Below are positions 11,257-25,154 of a stretch of 64,000 nt of DNA, piece by piece. The stretch spans positions 10,912,001-10,976,000 of the forward strand of contig NC_043012.1 of assembly GCF_006345805.1 (NCBI RefSeq), read 5' to 3'. Below the pieces are notes generated by a model, which searched no databases, was not told where the DNA came from, and was given only the letters and a program-made list of their open reading frames with translations. The stretch's first letter is position 1; each line of letters starts with the position of its first letter. Source of the DNA: Octopus sinensis. Taxonomy: Eukaryota. Both the position numbers and the translations under genes were made by a program.

Positions 11257-14064
11257 ATCCCTATTTGTCTTTATTTGGAGAAATTAGGGTTAAAATAGAG
11301 GGTTTAAGTATGAGTCAGGGTGGAATCCTTCGAAAAAAATTCACATATTACTGGTCCAGTTCGTTAATTTAAGCAATTCCCATATTTGAGAAGTTCGGTC
11401 CTTTAATATATGATGTAACTGACAGCTCCCCGCCCTTTTTTTAATTAATTATATTACTCCCCGTCGAAGACGTTTTTTCCAGAGGTAATGCACAAAAAAT
11501 GCGGGCCTTTCAACCTAACCTGTCCCTTAATGAAATATTCACATATTCCGTGATTGCACCTCTTCAATAAACTAAACTAACCGCGTTTTGTCAGACGTGG
11601 GCAAGGTAATAATAAAACAACCACATTGTTCACGGGTTATTTCGCCTAAGTCTACATTAAACCATCGACTAATCACTAAGGTTAGTCTTGGCTAAATCTG
11701 CATTAATAAACTCGCCAAATATTTCTTGCCGGGACACAAAAACTGTCCTGACATATAATAAATAAGGGTTAAATTAAACAAATCAATTATCTCTAGTCTA
11801 GGTCTTTCTAAGTGCCCCCTTAATATATTAGTCACAATAAACTCAACATAGAATAATTTCTACTGAAAAGAAAGCCCCATTCATTTATCAGAATTATACA
11901 GAAATTCTAGAAGAAACTTAAATTCTTTAAAATGGTTGCAGCTATATGCGTGTGTGTTTCTTTAATTTTCTGGGTGTATTTGGGTTTAGGGAAAATTTTT
12001 AGGTGATTATAATTGTAGGTGTTGAGTCAGTGCTTTGTAACGAGTTCTTTTGGGGAAGAAACGATGTGGTTTAGGGTGAAGCGATGTGTTAATGAGTTTG
12101 TGGAGTGAGATGTGATGATGTAATGCCACATCTTGGAATAAAACGGAAATTCCGCATTTTGTAAAGATTGTCTTTTTTTTTTCTTGTTTTTTTTCTTCTT
12201 TTTTTGGTATTTTGTTTATAACCTGTCTAATATTTCTTCAGATGGAGACCAGTAAATCGTTCATAAATTTAGTCATTACTTCTTCAAAGAAATACATTCT
12301 TTCTTCCGGGGAAGCGGGCACACAACAAATAAACAACTTAAAGGGAACAGGGGTGACACAAGAAACAATTAATTAAGCTTGGTCCCTTGGAAAGTAAGGT
12401 GTATCAGAACGGGGGTTTCGGTTTCCAGTTCTTGGGAGTCTGTTATTCCAGTAATTATTATGTAATCCACAAGATGAATTCCTGTCTACCATGTATGTAT
12501 CCTCGTCTCTTTCCAAGGCATATATACGCACATACATATATACACACACATATATATATTATATATATATATATGTATGTATGTATATGTATGTATGAAT
12601 ATATGTAAGGCACCAGTATAGTTATTTCCTAATTTTGTTTCGCTGTCCTTCGTTTTCTTCTTTCAAAGCATTATTTATTACAACTACTAAATCATATACA
12701 AACATATATATATGTGTGTATATATATATGTGTATATATGTATATATACAGTGCACAGACGTGTGTCTAAGACTCAGGTAAAAAGTTATCCCAGCCGAGT
12801 CTACACTGCTGCGGTAGTTACTACTACTACTACTACTATCATTAGGTGTAATGTTATTGTTGTAGCTAAGGAGTAGTAGTGGTAGTCGCAACAGTGGTGG
12901 TGGTGGTGGAGGCGGCGGTGAAAGCAAAGCGTTAGTCGTCACCTCTCACCATCCGCCGCCCCGCCCCCCTCGCCGCATGGAAGGAAGCTTTGGATCGGCC
13001 AAACACACAATGTAACATCAATTCTGATTAGTCAATGTCAATTTTTCTGCAGCTACTTACCTCCCCCTGATGAAGAAGTTTCTATGAGGTCGCTCGACCT
13101 GCTAGAAACAACAGCGAAATCTGCCTCTAACTACACAGACCCCCCTCCCGCCTCCTACTATCTCAAATACTGAGAAGAAAAAAAAAAGATATGATGATAG
13201 CCAAGGGTGGAACGTCTTTGATCATAGATTTACTTTATGGCGCCTAGCATTCGGTTAAACATTATCGCCCCTCTTACTGTTACTCGCTCTCTCTTTCGCG
13301 GGACGCCGTTGTCAAACCGTTACGTATTTTGTTGCTTTACTCCCCGGTCAACACAAATCTATGATCAAAGACGTTCCAACCGTGAACATCTCATATTTTC
13401 CCAAGATAGAGTGAGTGTACACAAGAAGACATTACTTGGTGTATCTTTTTCTAGGACGAAGAAGGTTGAGATAGAGATTTGGCTGCTATTTCTAGCAGAT
13501 TTAGTAACCATGTAGAGGCACCCTCATTGAGAGAGGTTTTCTTTGTCCCATTTTCAACTCCTAATCGAAAAAGACTTATAGCCAAAAACCTTCCAGATAT
13601 GACCATCACCACTTTTATTTTCAGATATAGTGTATCTATTGCAAAATGTTTCCTCTCTTTCTTTTTTTTATTTCAAGATGGTTGGGCAGTTTTCAAATAC
13701 CTCCACCGCCAAAATATTAAGGGAGATTTCCGTCCTACTTCCCGCCTCTTTATAACCAATTCAGAACAAAACCAGTGAATTTTTGAGGGGAGAGGTTAAT
13801 CGGTAAACATTGATTCCATTACTTTACAGGTATTTTTTCATGCATATATATTATTTTTTTTATTTGTTTTAGTCATTAGATCGCGGCCATACTGGGGCAC
13901 CGCCTTGAAGAATTTTTAGTCGAATGTAATCGACCCAAGTGCTTATTTTTTTTTAAAGCCTGGTACTATCGGTTTCTTTTGCTGAACCTCTAATTAATAG
14001 GGACGTGAACACACCAACACCGGTTGTCAATCGGTGGTGGGAGACATACACAAGCACACATACA

Positions 14065-14464
14065 TCTTTATATATAAAAGAGAGGTTGTGTGCTGTCTGT
14101 CTCCTACGATTTAGATTCCTAACTACTCCCACATTTTGCGGTGCAGTTTAACCAAAACCAGGTATCTTATAGTCGTGATTCATATCGAGCCCTTCTGGGT
14201 ATTAGCGTGCGTCTACGATGAGTCTACGATTTTAAAAAAATTTACCATCTTTTTTTCCATTTTAATGCATTTTTTTGCTATTATATAAGGGAAGTAACTC
14301 TCTAAAAATGTCTACGATGAGTCAACGATTTAAAAAAAAATTACCATCATTTTTTTTCCATTTTTAATGTATTTTTTTTTGCTATTTTTTGGCTATAACT
14401 CTCTAAAAATGCTTATATAGTTATTTCCCTTACAAACCCGAGCAACGCCGGGCGATACTGCTAG
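14065..14464 (+). mobile_element. Non-autonomous Helitron
   Basis: A|TCTTTATATATAAAA start; subterminal hairpin CCCGAGCAACGCCGGG (14437-14452); CTAG|T end; A/T target without TSD; follows a family A fragment (~13860-14064). Confidence 0.85.
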
Positions 14465-14634
14465 TTTATACATATAAGTGTACGTGGTTGTGTGCGATTA
14501 GTCCCCAAAAGGCTCGGAAACGGTGCATCTTTGAGGAAAACGAATTTGATTTTCGAAATCTGCGTCCCAAAGAAAAGATTGTCCATAAATAATAATAGAA
14601 CAAAATTATATATCTTATATTTTTTTTATTTTTA

Positions 14635-15078
14635 TCTTTCTGCTTGTTTCAGTCATTTGACTGCGGCCATGCTGGGGCACTGTTTTAGTCGAATAAATCC
14701 AGCTGAGGACTTGATAATTTTTGAAGCCTAGTATTTATTCTATCGGTCTCTTCTGCCGAATTGCTACGTTACTGGGACGTAAACACACCACCACCGGTTG
14801 TCAAGTGGTGGGGGGGGGACAAAGACACACACGCACACACACATACAAACATACACACATACAAACATACATACATCATACATACATACATACATACATA
14901 CATCATACATACATACATACATATATACCTTTCTCAGTTACCGTCAACCAAATCCACTCAAGGCTTTGGCTTTGGTCGGATATAGTAGAAGACATTTGCC
15001 CAAGGTGCTATGCAAGGAAATTGAACCCAAAACCAAGTGGTAGGGAAGCAAGCTTCTTACTACATAGCCACGCCTGCT
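14635..15078 (-). mobile_element. SINE family A, diverged
   Basis: Reverse-complement match to family A. Confidence 0.8.
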
Positions 15079-16574
15079 CAATGTTCGGCAAAAGAGAATG
15101 ACTGAATAAGTTCTAGGCTTTAAAAAGAAGTCCTGGGGTCGATTTGTTCGACTGAAAGACAAAAGTTTCCCTATGAGAAACACTACGGCAGGGCGCTATT
15201 GGTGGGATATTTGGCTGCTATTTCTAGCAGGTCTAGCATAGGTTAAAGCTGTCGATGCCCCGTACAATATTTGGTTAAACTAATATTTCAGATAACGTAG
15301 TCACGACTTCGTGCTTCGGAACAATGTGAGTACTTCTATGAGGTCACCTTACCTGCTAAAAATAGCAGCTCTCCAATGAAACCTTGCCATTTTAAAAAAG
15401 GAATGCAATATGGTGCATCTCTAAATTATTCTATATTTGAAATTAAAATGGCTAGTCGAAGCTGAAATGTTTTTCACCATAGATCTACTCAATCAGAGCA
15501 GACAAAGAGCTAAATAATAACAGCGAAGCGGGTCCCCACGTGGTTGCTTGGCCTGCTAGATATAGCAGTCAAATCTTAGTCTATACTATCTTCTTCTTTT
15601 TTTAAATGAGTGGTTTTTTGCGGGGTGGGACGGGCGGAAGTCTTGCCCAATTCTAGATGTGAGCAATAAAGTGATGGTCGTGGCTGGAACACATTTGATC
15701 ATAGATCTGATCAAACCTGAGATTAAGCCTCCATGCAGTCTGTCGCCCTGCTAGAAACAGTAGTCAAATCTCCCTACTGTAATGCTTCTGATCATGGTGC
15801 TACTCATTCGTGGCTAAACAGCAACATTGCCATCAAAGTAAGAATGGCCAATACCACCACCATCATCACCACCACCACCATCACTGTTATAACGCTACTG
15901 CCGCCACCACAGTCGACGGCGAACTCGTATCCGTAGATCTGTAGCCAGTGGTTTGAGTCTTCATCATGATGGGTGCCGATGCCCTAGGTAGCTGTTCAGA
16001 CCAGGGGCAATATAAAAGAGTCAGGAGGGGGTGGGTTATCGCAGGGGAGAGTTGGTGGAGGACGAGGAAGAGCGAATCGCTCTTTGCATCTTCGACGTCT
16101 GATCTCTGCCCGTTGACGTCTGTTAACACCAACATCATTGCAAAAACTCTCTCACTATCATAAATTATAATTACATTACAACTAATTATATAATAACACA
16201 AATTATAATAACATCACCAGCGTAGCACCACCACCACCCTCATAGCAACAATATCAAAACCGACCTGCAACACAATTGTTTGCTTAATCACCGTCAACTT
16301 GACTTTAAACGCCACCACCAGAACAACAGTCAACACTACAATTATCCCAGTATCACCAACATCGCCATTATCATCACCACTTCTACGTCCATTAACAACA
16401 AGTCGCTCGAATTGCTTAAAGCTACGGCCACATCTCACGCAATCACTTTAACAAGGAGAGATACATTGGATGTCTGCGTAAAGAAAACACTGGACCGTCA
16501 CGGCTGGAATGCCTTTTATCATAGTTATGCACAATCAGATGACCTGGTTCTAGATAACAAGAACAACAAAAACT

Positions 16575-16765
16575 GTGGAGGAGCAATGGCCCAGTGGTTA
16601 GGGCGGCGGATACGTGGTCGTAAGAACGCGGTTTCGATTCCCAGACCGGGCATTGTGAGTGTCTATTGAGCAAAAACACCTAAGCCCCTTGAGGCTCCGG
16701 CGGTGGGGGGGGGGAACCCCACTGTACTCTTTCACCGCAACTTTCTCTCACTCTTTCTTCCTACT
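16575..16765 (+). mobile_element. tRNA-derived SINE family C, 5' part
   Basis: GGAGCAATGGCCCAGTGGTTAGGG head and GTTTCGATTCCC B box; matches 60901-61273. Confidence 0.8.
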
Positions 16766-17521
16766 TCTACCACAAAGCAGAGGTGTAAACCACTATGGTG
16801 TGGTAAACTTTCAGACCCTAGTCTAGATTGCGAATCCTCTGTACTCCAGGATAGTTCAGCTCTCCACCCGTTAAAAAGCAACCGTTTATGGAATGAGGAT
16901 AACAACGTAGCTTTCGCGTCCTTGCAACTGCCATGGATCTTCAAGTTGGCACACGCACTCTTAGTAGCTTAGAGTAGGCTCGAATTAGAGATTATTCTTT
17001 GTGGCTAATGGCGTGAGTGCTGATTGGAAGAAGAAGAAGAAGAAGAAGAAGGAGGAGGAGGAGAGAGAGAAGAAGGAGGAGGAGAGAAGAAGAAGAAGAA
17101 GACAATTACGACGAGGACGAAGTGGATATTTTCTTTATTATTAGTCTATGTGGTTGCTTGACCCGCTAAAAATAGCAACCAAATTTTACTTGTTTTAAAA
17201 AGAAAGGACACTTGGATAGTGTTGTGCTGGGTGTACTTCTTCGTTAAGTCGAAATGGTCATGGTTGGCGTGTTTGATTATAGGTTTGCTCAATCAGGACC
17301 TAAAGAGTTGGGCTTAAACAACGAAAAACGAAACAAAGGGGGCTGAATGTGAGTACTTCACCTTGCTAAAAATAGTAGCCAAATATCCTCCAAACATCAT
17401 CCTTACTGCCTTAAAAAGGAAGGACACGTTAAATAACAAAATATATTCCACTGAACTTTTTGCACTTCTGTTTGGTGACTGGCTAGAAATAGCAGCTAAA
17501 TATCCTTTATTTCTACACGTC

Positions 17522-17762
17522 TCTCTCTTTGTTTGACTCTCTCTCTCTCTCTTTCCCCCTCTCTCTCTTTCTCTCTCTTTCCCCCTCTCTCTCTCTCTCT
17601 CTCTCTTTCCCCCTCTCTCTCTCTCTTTTTCCCCCTCTCTCTCTCTCTTTCCCCCTCTCTCTCTCTCTTTCCCCCTCTCTCTCTCTCTCTCTTCCCCCCT
17701 CTCTCTCTCTTTCTCCCTCTCTCTCCCCTCTCTCTCTCTTTCTCCCTCTCTCTCTCTCTCTC
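17522..17762. repeat. (CT)n-rich microsatellite
   Basis: Direct reading. Confidence 0.95.
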
Positions 17763-18435
17763 CAAGACAATGTGATTTGAGAAAGATTGTGGCTGCTATT
17801 TCTAACAAATCATATGACCATATAGAAGGATCTATAGCGGGCTTATGGAATGTAAGGGAGGTAATAAAGCAACCACATGAACAAGGGAGGTAACACTTGA
17901 CCGGTATAACAATAGCACAAAATGGTTTCATTGATGGAATCGACTCTAATAAATTTGCTTCATTGAACGTAGAAAAGAGAAAACTCGACATAATTTGAAC
18001 AGTTCAAATGGTGGTGGTGGTGGTGGTGGTGGTGGTAGTGGTGGTTCTACAATGACCAGTGTACTTTAAAAAAAAAAAGCTAGTGAAACATCAAGGATAT
18101 AAGCGAGGTGAATATGGTTGAGTGTTGTTAACAAGAGTGGTAGTGTCATTGTATATTCCAGGTCAGCCCTGATCAAACAAACCTATCATTGTAAGCATTC
18201 TAGCCGTGACCATCTCGCCTCTGTTTTTTTTTTTTTTTTTTTGCAAAGCTGTTGTGTATACTAACTGATGCGTTTTCTATAAGACAGTATGGCGTGATTT
18301 AATAAAATTTAAGTAACAATTTCTAGCGGTGTCTGCACTCTGAAACTACAAGAAACTGACCATTCGGCCTCAATCTGTTCTTTAAACCTGTTTCCAGCGC
18401 TTCGCCTTTTCTCGCCATCGTTAAACAACCTATTT

Positions 18436-18590
18436 GGATCTTTTCGCTTTGACCGGCAGATTTTAAAAATAATTTCCATGTAACTAAAAAATTTTAAACT
18501 TCATATACTGGTAGAATGTGTTTATAAAACATCTTTTTCTCTTGGCTTTCTTGAGAAAATTCTGTAGTTTTTAAGATATACCTATTTTGT
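18436..18590. mobile_element. Left-arm fragment of the GGGATCTTTTC MITE family
   Basis: ggatcttttcgctttgaccggcagatttt... aligns with the left arm at 22357. Confidence 0.7.
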
Positions 18591-19254
18591 TTGAACTTAA
18601 AGGCATTATTGTCAGATGAAAACATGCGCATCGCTAATGAAGGGTAGGTACAGTAGACGGAACTGCTCCTTTACAAATCAATGTTACACCCTCAGATCTA
18701 TAGTGATAGACTTATTATTTAGAATCTCCCCTTTAACATTATTAAGAATTAGTGCCCACCCAGAATATTCTGAATTACCCCCAGGCACCAATGTCTGGTG
18801 ACGGACCTGGATGGAAAAGCATTCAGTTGAATGAGCTAATCATGTTGTATTACTGGTATCGTCTTTATTATCACTCAGGTGGATAAAGAGCGAGGTGAGA
18901 ACCATTTGTTCTTTGTAGTTTTGAACTGGGAAGATTTCACGCGAGTCACCAAAGTAAATATTGTCAAACAACACTCAAATCACATTGTCTTGGAGAGAGA
19001 GAGAGAGAGAGTGAGAGAGGGAGAGAGTTGAACAAAGAGAGAGAGGTGTGTAGAAATAAAGGATATTTAGCTGCTATTTCTAGCCAGTCACCAAACAGAA
19101 GTGCATTCAAGAAATCTGCAGTGTTATGCCATCCCCACCTACCCACTATATAAGGGTGGTGTAAAAATGTAGATTTCTATTATGAGTATATTCATATCTA
19201 AGAAGTTACTAAGTATATGGTGGAATTTTCTTCAATTATAATTCCATTCCTATT

Positions 19255-19732
19255 TATATAATATAATGAAATTATTGTATACAGTGCTCAGGTGCACCAC
19301 AACTTGTCAAAAATGCATATAAAGTATATGCAGTAATGTACAAATGTCTGGAAAGCGAACAGTGTATGAATCAGATACATACTTGCGTGTGTATGGAGGG
19401 GGGAAAATCAGGTGTAGTGTTGGCGAATCTCAGGAAGCATGGAAGTTTTGAAGGATGCAGTGCTCCGACAATTAACAACTGATGCCGGCAGTTTGTTCCA
19501 TGCTTCAGCAACTCTTAGCGTGAAAAATGTTTCTGAAAGTCATGGGAGCTGTGCTGTTTTCTGACTTTGTAAACATGTCCACAGGTGTCAGACAGGTGGA
19601 GTTTGAAGAGGTGCTCAGAGTTATTGTTAGTAAGATGGTTAATAATTTTATGGGTGTCTGCTAAGTCAGCTGCCAGGTGTCGGAGTTTCAATGTGTCCAT
19701 GCCCAGGGAAGTAAGGCGTTCAGAATATGGCA
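19255..19732 (-). mobile_element. CR1-clade LINE 3' end
   Basis: PYSERLTSLGMDTLKLRHLAADL..HKII...GHVYKV..., frameshift, RVAEAWNKLPASVVNCRSTASFK; AT-rich tail. Confidence 0.85.
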
Positions 19733-21244
19733 AGACTGATAAAATAAGTACTAGGCTTATAAAGAATAAGTCCTGGGGTTGGTTTCTTCATCTAAACCCT
19801 TTCAGGTTGTATTTGGGTATTTGGGCTGTATTTGGGTATATGGGCTGTATTACATGAACATAAATATACACTCGGTATTTCGCTGGTGCTTTTCATTTCA
19901 TCAAACCCAGAAAGATGAAATTCACAACAAATTTTGTTGAGATTTGATCTCGAGACAGTCTGTCCGATGCAGAACTGATTCTACCACTTCATCACTTGAT
20001 CGATCGTCTATTTAATCAATCCTAGGTCTTGACTACTGGTGCGAAATAAGCTGACTTTAACTGAGTCTCAACTGAAAACACTCGGCTACATCTGTCCCTC
20101 TACCATATATGCTACAAGAATGAATTGGATGAGATGAGCATGGAGTGAGCCCCCCCCCTTATGTCTCATCTCTCAGCCTTTGCTCAAATCTACATTGAAC
20201 TAAACATAAAATATGTTCTTATTTCTCTTGCGCCACTCATTTTTGTGAAGGACACCGGAATCGTTATAGCGTTGGATAATCCTACTGAGATTAGCTTTGT
20301 CTTACTCTTCTGGAGGTAATAAAATAAGTACCAGTTGTAAGAGTTAGCACTTCCTTCTCTAAGCTTAGATTCGAAATCGAATCCAAGAATCATCGGTCAT
20401 CAAAAACCAATGCATGTATAGGCGCGAAATTTAAAGATCCTTTGTTCTGTCAAAAAGTGATTGATCATCTCCCTTTGACCTACGACCTGGGCCATGTCAG
20501 GCGAAGTTCAACTGGACACGCGTTGACCTACTTAGTATGTCTATCTGTTGCAATATGTCTATCTTTCTAGCTGTTTGAAATATTATAAATACAAAGGGAA
20601 AAACAGAGAAAGACACACAATCGGAGCTGACACAGCAGCAGACACCCCGCGTTTTGGAGACGACTAGAGAAATGCCTACAGGTTACTGTTCTGAATGATT
20701 CACGCACACACCCACACACACACAAACATATTCATCTTTAATATGTGTTCTGTACAAGCAATGCGTAGCATTTGCTTACATTTTTATGTAGTGAACTTAT
20801 AACCCATGTAAATAAATCCCTTTTTAATCATGAAACAGTTTATGTATTTATTTACGCACACACGCATCCACTACACAGTTATGGGGGTCGAATTAATCTA
20901 CTCTACCACTGATGTTTTGTCTAAGAGAAAGACAAAGTCGTCGCATCTTTATACCAGGGTCGACGCAGACGTTGCTGTGTGAAGCACAAACAACCGGAAC
21001 AGATCCCACGATGCATTTCGCCCGACATTCCAACAATTCAGCTAATTTGTACTTTGACCTCGAAAAGATGGTAGGTAAATTGACCGCAGTGGGATTTGAG
21101 CTGAAAATGCAGAGATCTAGCCATTCTATCCGATGTTGTGATGACTCTGTCTATTCGGGCCCCTTTACCAGAACTAAGGTTTTAGAATTTAGTAAGGCCA
21201 AAGAGACAAAAATATAAATGAGGGATAAACGTTATAGCTTAACC

Positions 21245-21446
21245 CAGTGCTTTTCAAACTTTTTTGCTGGAGCGGAACCCCATGGAAACATTCCACTGGC
21301 TCGAGGAACCCCTGTACAATAATTTAATAGTCTTATGCACACATATCTGCACAGGAGAATTAAAAATTACTGCCGATTTTAGCAGTTTTGTAACTTCTTG
21401 CGGAACCCCTGGACTGTACTGGCGGAACCCTGGTTGAAAACCACTG
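21245..21446. mobile_element. hAT-type MITE
   Basis: TIR CAGTGCTTTTCAA / TTGAAAACCACTG; 8-bp TSD gcttaacc / gcttaaca. Confidence 0.9.
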
Positions 21447-22356
21447 GCTTAACACCAGATTACCTCTTATGAAACACATCAGAAAGATCAAAAGCCATTC
21501 CACACACGAGTAACTTATCGTTTCTTGCATAGTTTTTTTTTTAATCTTTTGTCATAATGTATCTAGGTCATTTCATTTAAAAACAATGCGGTACGATGAA
21601 GTGATTTTGAGGGAGATTTGGTAGTTATTTTTAGCAGTTTCCGTGACCATGTAGAGTCAAAATACAAAATACGTTGCTTTAGTAATACAAACTTGTTACC
21701 AGTTCACATATGCCTGAGATATATTCGAGCCCGTTTATTTGAACTGATAACAAGTTTGTATCTATACACATTACTGCTTAGCGCTCTCAAACCGTATTAT
21801 AAAGCATCTGATTGTCAAGAACAAACCACCAACATCTCTACTACCACCACCATCACGACTACACCAAGTTGTTTTCGTAATGAAGACGAATATTTGGTAT
21901 TAAAATGTCGTCTAAATGTCATCACCTTTTCGCCCTCGATATAACTGCCATCTGGAGGCAAAATAACAGAACATTACTTCCGCTTACAAATAATTCTTGG
22001 CTGATTTCTTTTCATCCTACAATCACCGATGAATAGAAGTTTTGCTGTTAAAATAGCAGCAGATGTCGACAGCGACCGTGAAGCCATCACATACTTGTCT
22101 AACATTTCGTTATAAAAATGTCGACGCCATTCAGACATTTTAAAAACAGACACTGTATCTCATTGCCTGACTGAACTCGATATTTTTCTGGGTTGAGTCA
22201 GAAGAAGGCTAGCAGTCTCATCGTGTCGGTTGTAACACTGAAATAGCTGCTGAATACGAATTTAAACGTCTGATGTTTTTTTACATCTGATTCCACCACA
22301 CTTTTCACGAACATTCAACGAAAGACAAAATCCGTTAGGTTTTTTTTTTAATCTCC

Positions 22357-22931
22357 GGATCTTTTCACTTTGACCGTCAGATTTAAAAAATAATTTCTTT
22401 GTAACTAAACACTTTTAAACTTCGTATACTAGTAGAATGTGTTACATAAAACATCTTGACTTTCTTGAGAAAATTCTGTAGTTTGTAAGCTATTTGTTGT
22501 TAAATTTCTTGCATTTCGGCAATTTCAACCAATCAATGACGTCTGTTGAGGTGAATACAATTTCTGCTGTTGTTTGTCAACAACAACTTCCTGCGGTCTC
22601 TATTTAGTTTGTCACTGTTATTTATGACATATTTCATATCAATCATGTTCGTATGAGTGACAGCTACACCGCCGGACGTTCTTATTCAACTTGTTGACAA
22701 ACAACAGCAGAAATTGTATTCACCTCAATAGACGTCATTGATTGGTTGAAATTGCCGAAATACAAGAAATTTAACAACAAAAAGCTTACAAACTACAGAA
22801 TTTTCTCAAGAAAGCCAAGAGGAAAAGATGTTTTATGTGACACATTCTACCAACATACAAAGTTTAAAAGTGTTTAGTTACAAAGAAATTATTTTAAAAA
22901 TCTGCCATTCAAATCTGCCATGAAAAGATCC
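22357..22931. mobile_element. Foldback MITE with ~225-bp inverted arms
   Basis: 22357-22583 is the reverse complement of ~22691-22931; spacer ~107 bp. Confidence 0.9.
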
Positions 22932-23235
22932 CAGTTTTGTTATCCAGCTCTGTTTACGAGTGACCCCCTCACTACATATCACTAGCAGACATTGATTTGA
23001 TGATCTTCAAACTGAACATCAACCACATTATTCTCAATAGTGTGGGTGGATATTCATGGGCCGGGGACAATACTTTTCCTCTTCGGACTAACGTATAAAC
23101 ACACACACACATTCAAACGTTGCGATTATTTAGATCTACATGGCCTTGTGTTACTGTCTGTTTTCTCCTAAATGTTTGCGGCCCTTGTGGTCAGAAAAGA
23201 GATTATTATCATTATTTATTATTATTATTATTATT

Positions 23236-23693
23236 GAGTGAGCGAGCAGAGCATGCCATCAAAGTGACACTGGGGTAAAATATACGAAGCCCAGTATACC
23301 CATCATGACTACCCGTCTGATAAGGGTACACCAGGCACATGCATCACAACCATATGTGCGCGACATGGTGATCTCATATCAAGATAAACAGCACATGACC
23401 TTGCAGGTGGAGCCCAGTTAGAATTTTCTTCAGATCGAGTAACCCATCCCGCTCAAAAGGTCCCTGAATAAGGGTTGTTTAAGGACGTTGAACGAAACAC
23501 CCATGTTTCCAGAGATGAATTATTCAAACCCCAAAGAATCCTTCTCAACACATGGCTATGATGCTCCCCCACTACTTCTGCTCGTGATCAGAGATGCACA
23601 TATCGTCAGCCACTAAGGGACATGCTCAACTGGTTAAGGTCAAACAACTGACAAGCAAGTCTGTGGTATTGAGCAGAATATTTGCTGTAGCCC
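23236..23693 (-). repeat. Dispersed repeat family E (AAT-tailed), partial
   Basis: Near-identical reverse complement of 48775-49330. Confidence 0.85.
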
Positions 23694-23733
23694 TATTATT
23701 ATTATTATTATTATTATCATTATTATTATTATT

Positions 23734-23892
23734 ACTCGGGGTCGATAAATTAAGTACCAGTGAAACACTGGGGTCAATATAATCGACTAGTCCCCTACCA
23801 GTAAATTTGAGGCCTTGTATCTCTAGTAGAAAGGATCATCATCATCATCATCATCATCATCATTATCATTATCAATATTATTATTATTATTA

Positions 23893-23928
<36 letters not shown>

Positions 23929-24048
23929 TATCATTATTATTATTATTACTCGGGGTCGATAAATTAAGTACCAGTGAAACACTGGGGTCAATATAATCGA
24001 CTAGTCCCCTACCAGTAAATTTGAGGCCTTGTATCTCTAGTAGAAAGG

Positions 24049-24089
<41 letters not shown>

Positions 24090-24107
24090 TATCATTATCA
24101 TTATCAA

Positions 24108-24140
<33 letters not shown>
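23734..24140 (+). repeat. Near-exact 214-bp tandem duplication of a SINE B 3' half plus (CAT)/(TAT) tail
   Basis: actcggggtcgataaattaag at 23734 and 23948. Confidence 0.9.
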
Positions 24141-24144
<4 letters not shown>

Positions 24145-24147
<3 letters not shown>

Positions 24148-24350
24148 GCAGAATCGTTAGCACGCCGGGCAAAATGCTTTGCGGCATTTCGTCCGTTTTT
24201 ACGTTCTGAGTTCAAATTCCACCGAGGTCGACTTTGTCATTCATCCTTTCAGGGTCGATAAATTAAATAAAGGTGAAGCACTGGGGTCGATGTAATCGAC
24301 TAGGCCCTCTCCCCCAAATTTCAGGCTTTGTGCCTATAATAGAAAGGATT
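24145..24350 (+). mobile_element. SINE family B with alternative tail
   Basis: Family B head and core, ending cccaaatttcaggctttgtgcctataatagaaagg(att)n. Confidence 0.85.
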
Positions 24351-24637
24351 ATTATTGTTGTTGTTGTTGTTATTACCTAGATCTGGAATGAAACCTTGTG
24401 CTTATTATGGGTCTTCAAAAATACCGACGAAATTCATGCCGTTAATCTTTTCGCTTAAACTAAGATCTGAGGTGGGAGTTAATTCCAGACAAATGAAACT
24501 TGTGGGGAAGAAAGATTGGGAGGGGGGGTTAGAGTAGGATGTGGAGATGGGGAGTCAGATACAGCATGTGAATGGGGAAGAAACAAATGAGTATAGAGTC
24601 CTGCGAGAATCGGAAACCAGTGTTTGTTGTTGTAACT

Positions 24638-24696
24638 GTAGTAGTAGTAGTAGTAGTAGTAGTAGCAGTAGTAGTAGTAGTAGTAGTAGTAGTAGC

Positions 24697-24758
<62 letters not shown>

Positions 24759-24777
24759 TAGTAATAGCAGCAGCAGC

Positions 24778-24815
<38 letters not shown>

Positions 24816-24869
24816 CAGCTGTAGTAGTAGTAGTAGTAGTGGTGGTGGTGGTAGTAGTAGTAGTAGTAA

Positions 24870-24902
<33 letters not shown>

Positions 24903-24906
24903 CACC

Positions 24907-24938
<32 letters not shown>

Positions 24939-24946
24939 CAGCAGCT

Positions 24947-24987
<41 letters not shown>

Positions 24988-25007
24988 GGTAGTAGTAGTA
25001 GTAGTAA

Positions 25008-25065
<58 letters not shown>

Positions 25066-25085
25066 GGTAGTAGTAGTAGTAGTAA

Positions 25086-25118
<33 letters not shown>

Positions 25119-25122
25119 CACC

Positions 25123-25154
<32 letters not shown>

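Noticed and set aside
12622-12942. 106-aa minus ORF (MTTNALLSPPPP...)
   Set aside because: Mostly repeats, running into (TA)/(CA)n without a convincing donor; more likely UTR or promoter.
18616-18650. 28-nt plus micro-exon (tcag|ATGAAAAC...GAAGG|gtaggt)
   Set aside because: Too short to distinguish from chance.
20177-20315. Apparent 139-nt plus-strand exon with good splice sites
   Set aside because: Its 3' half and donor are a degenerate SINE B.
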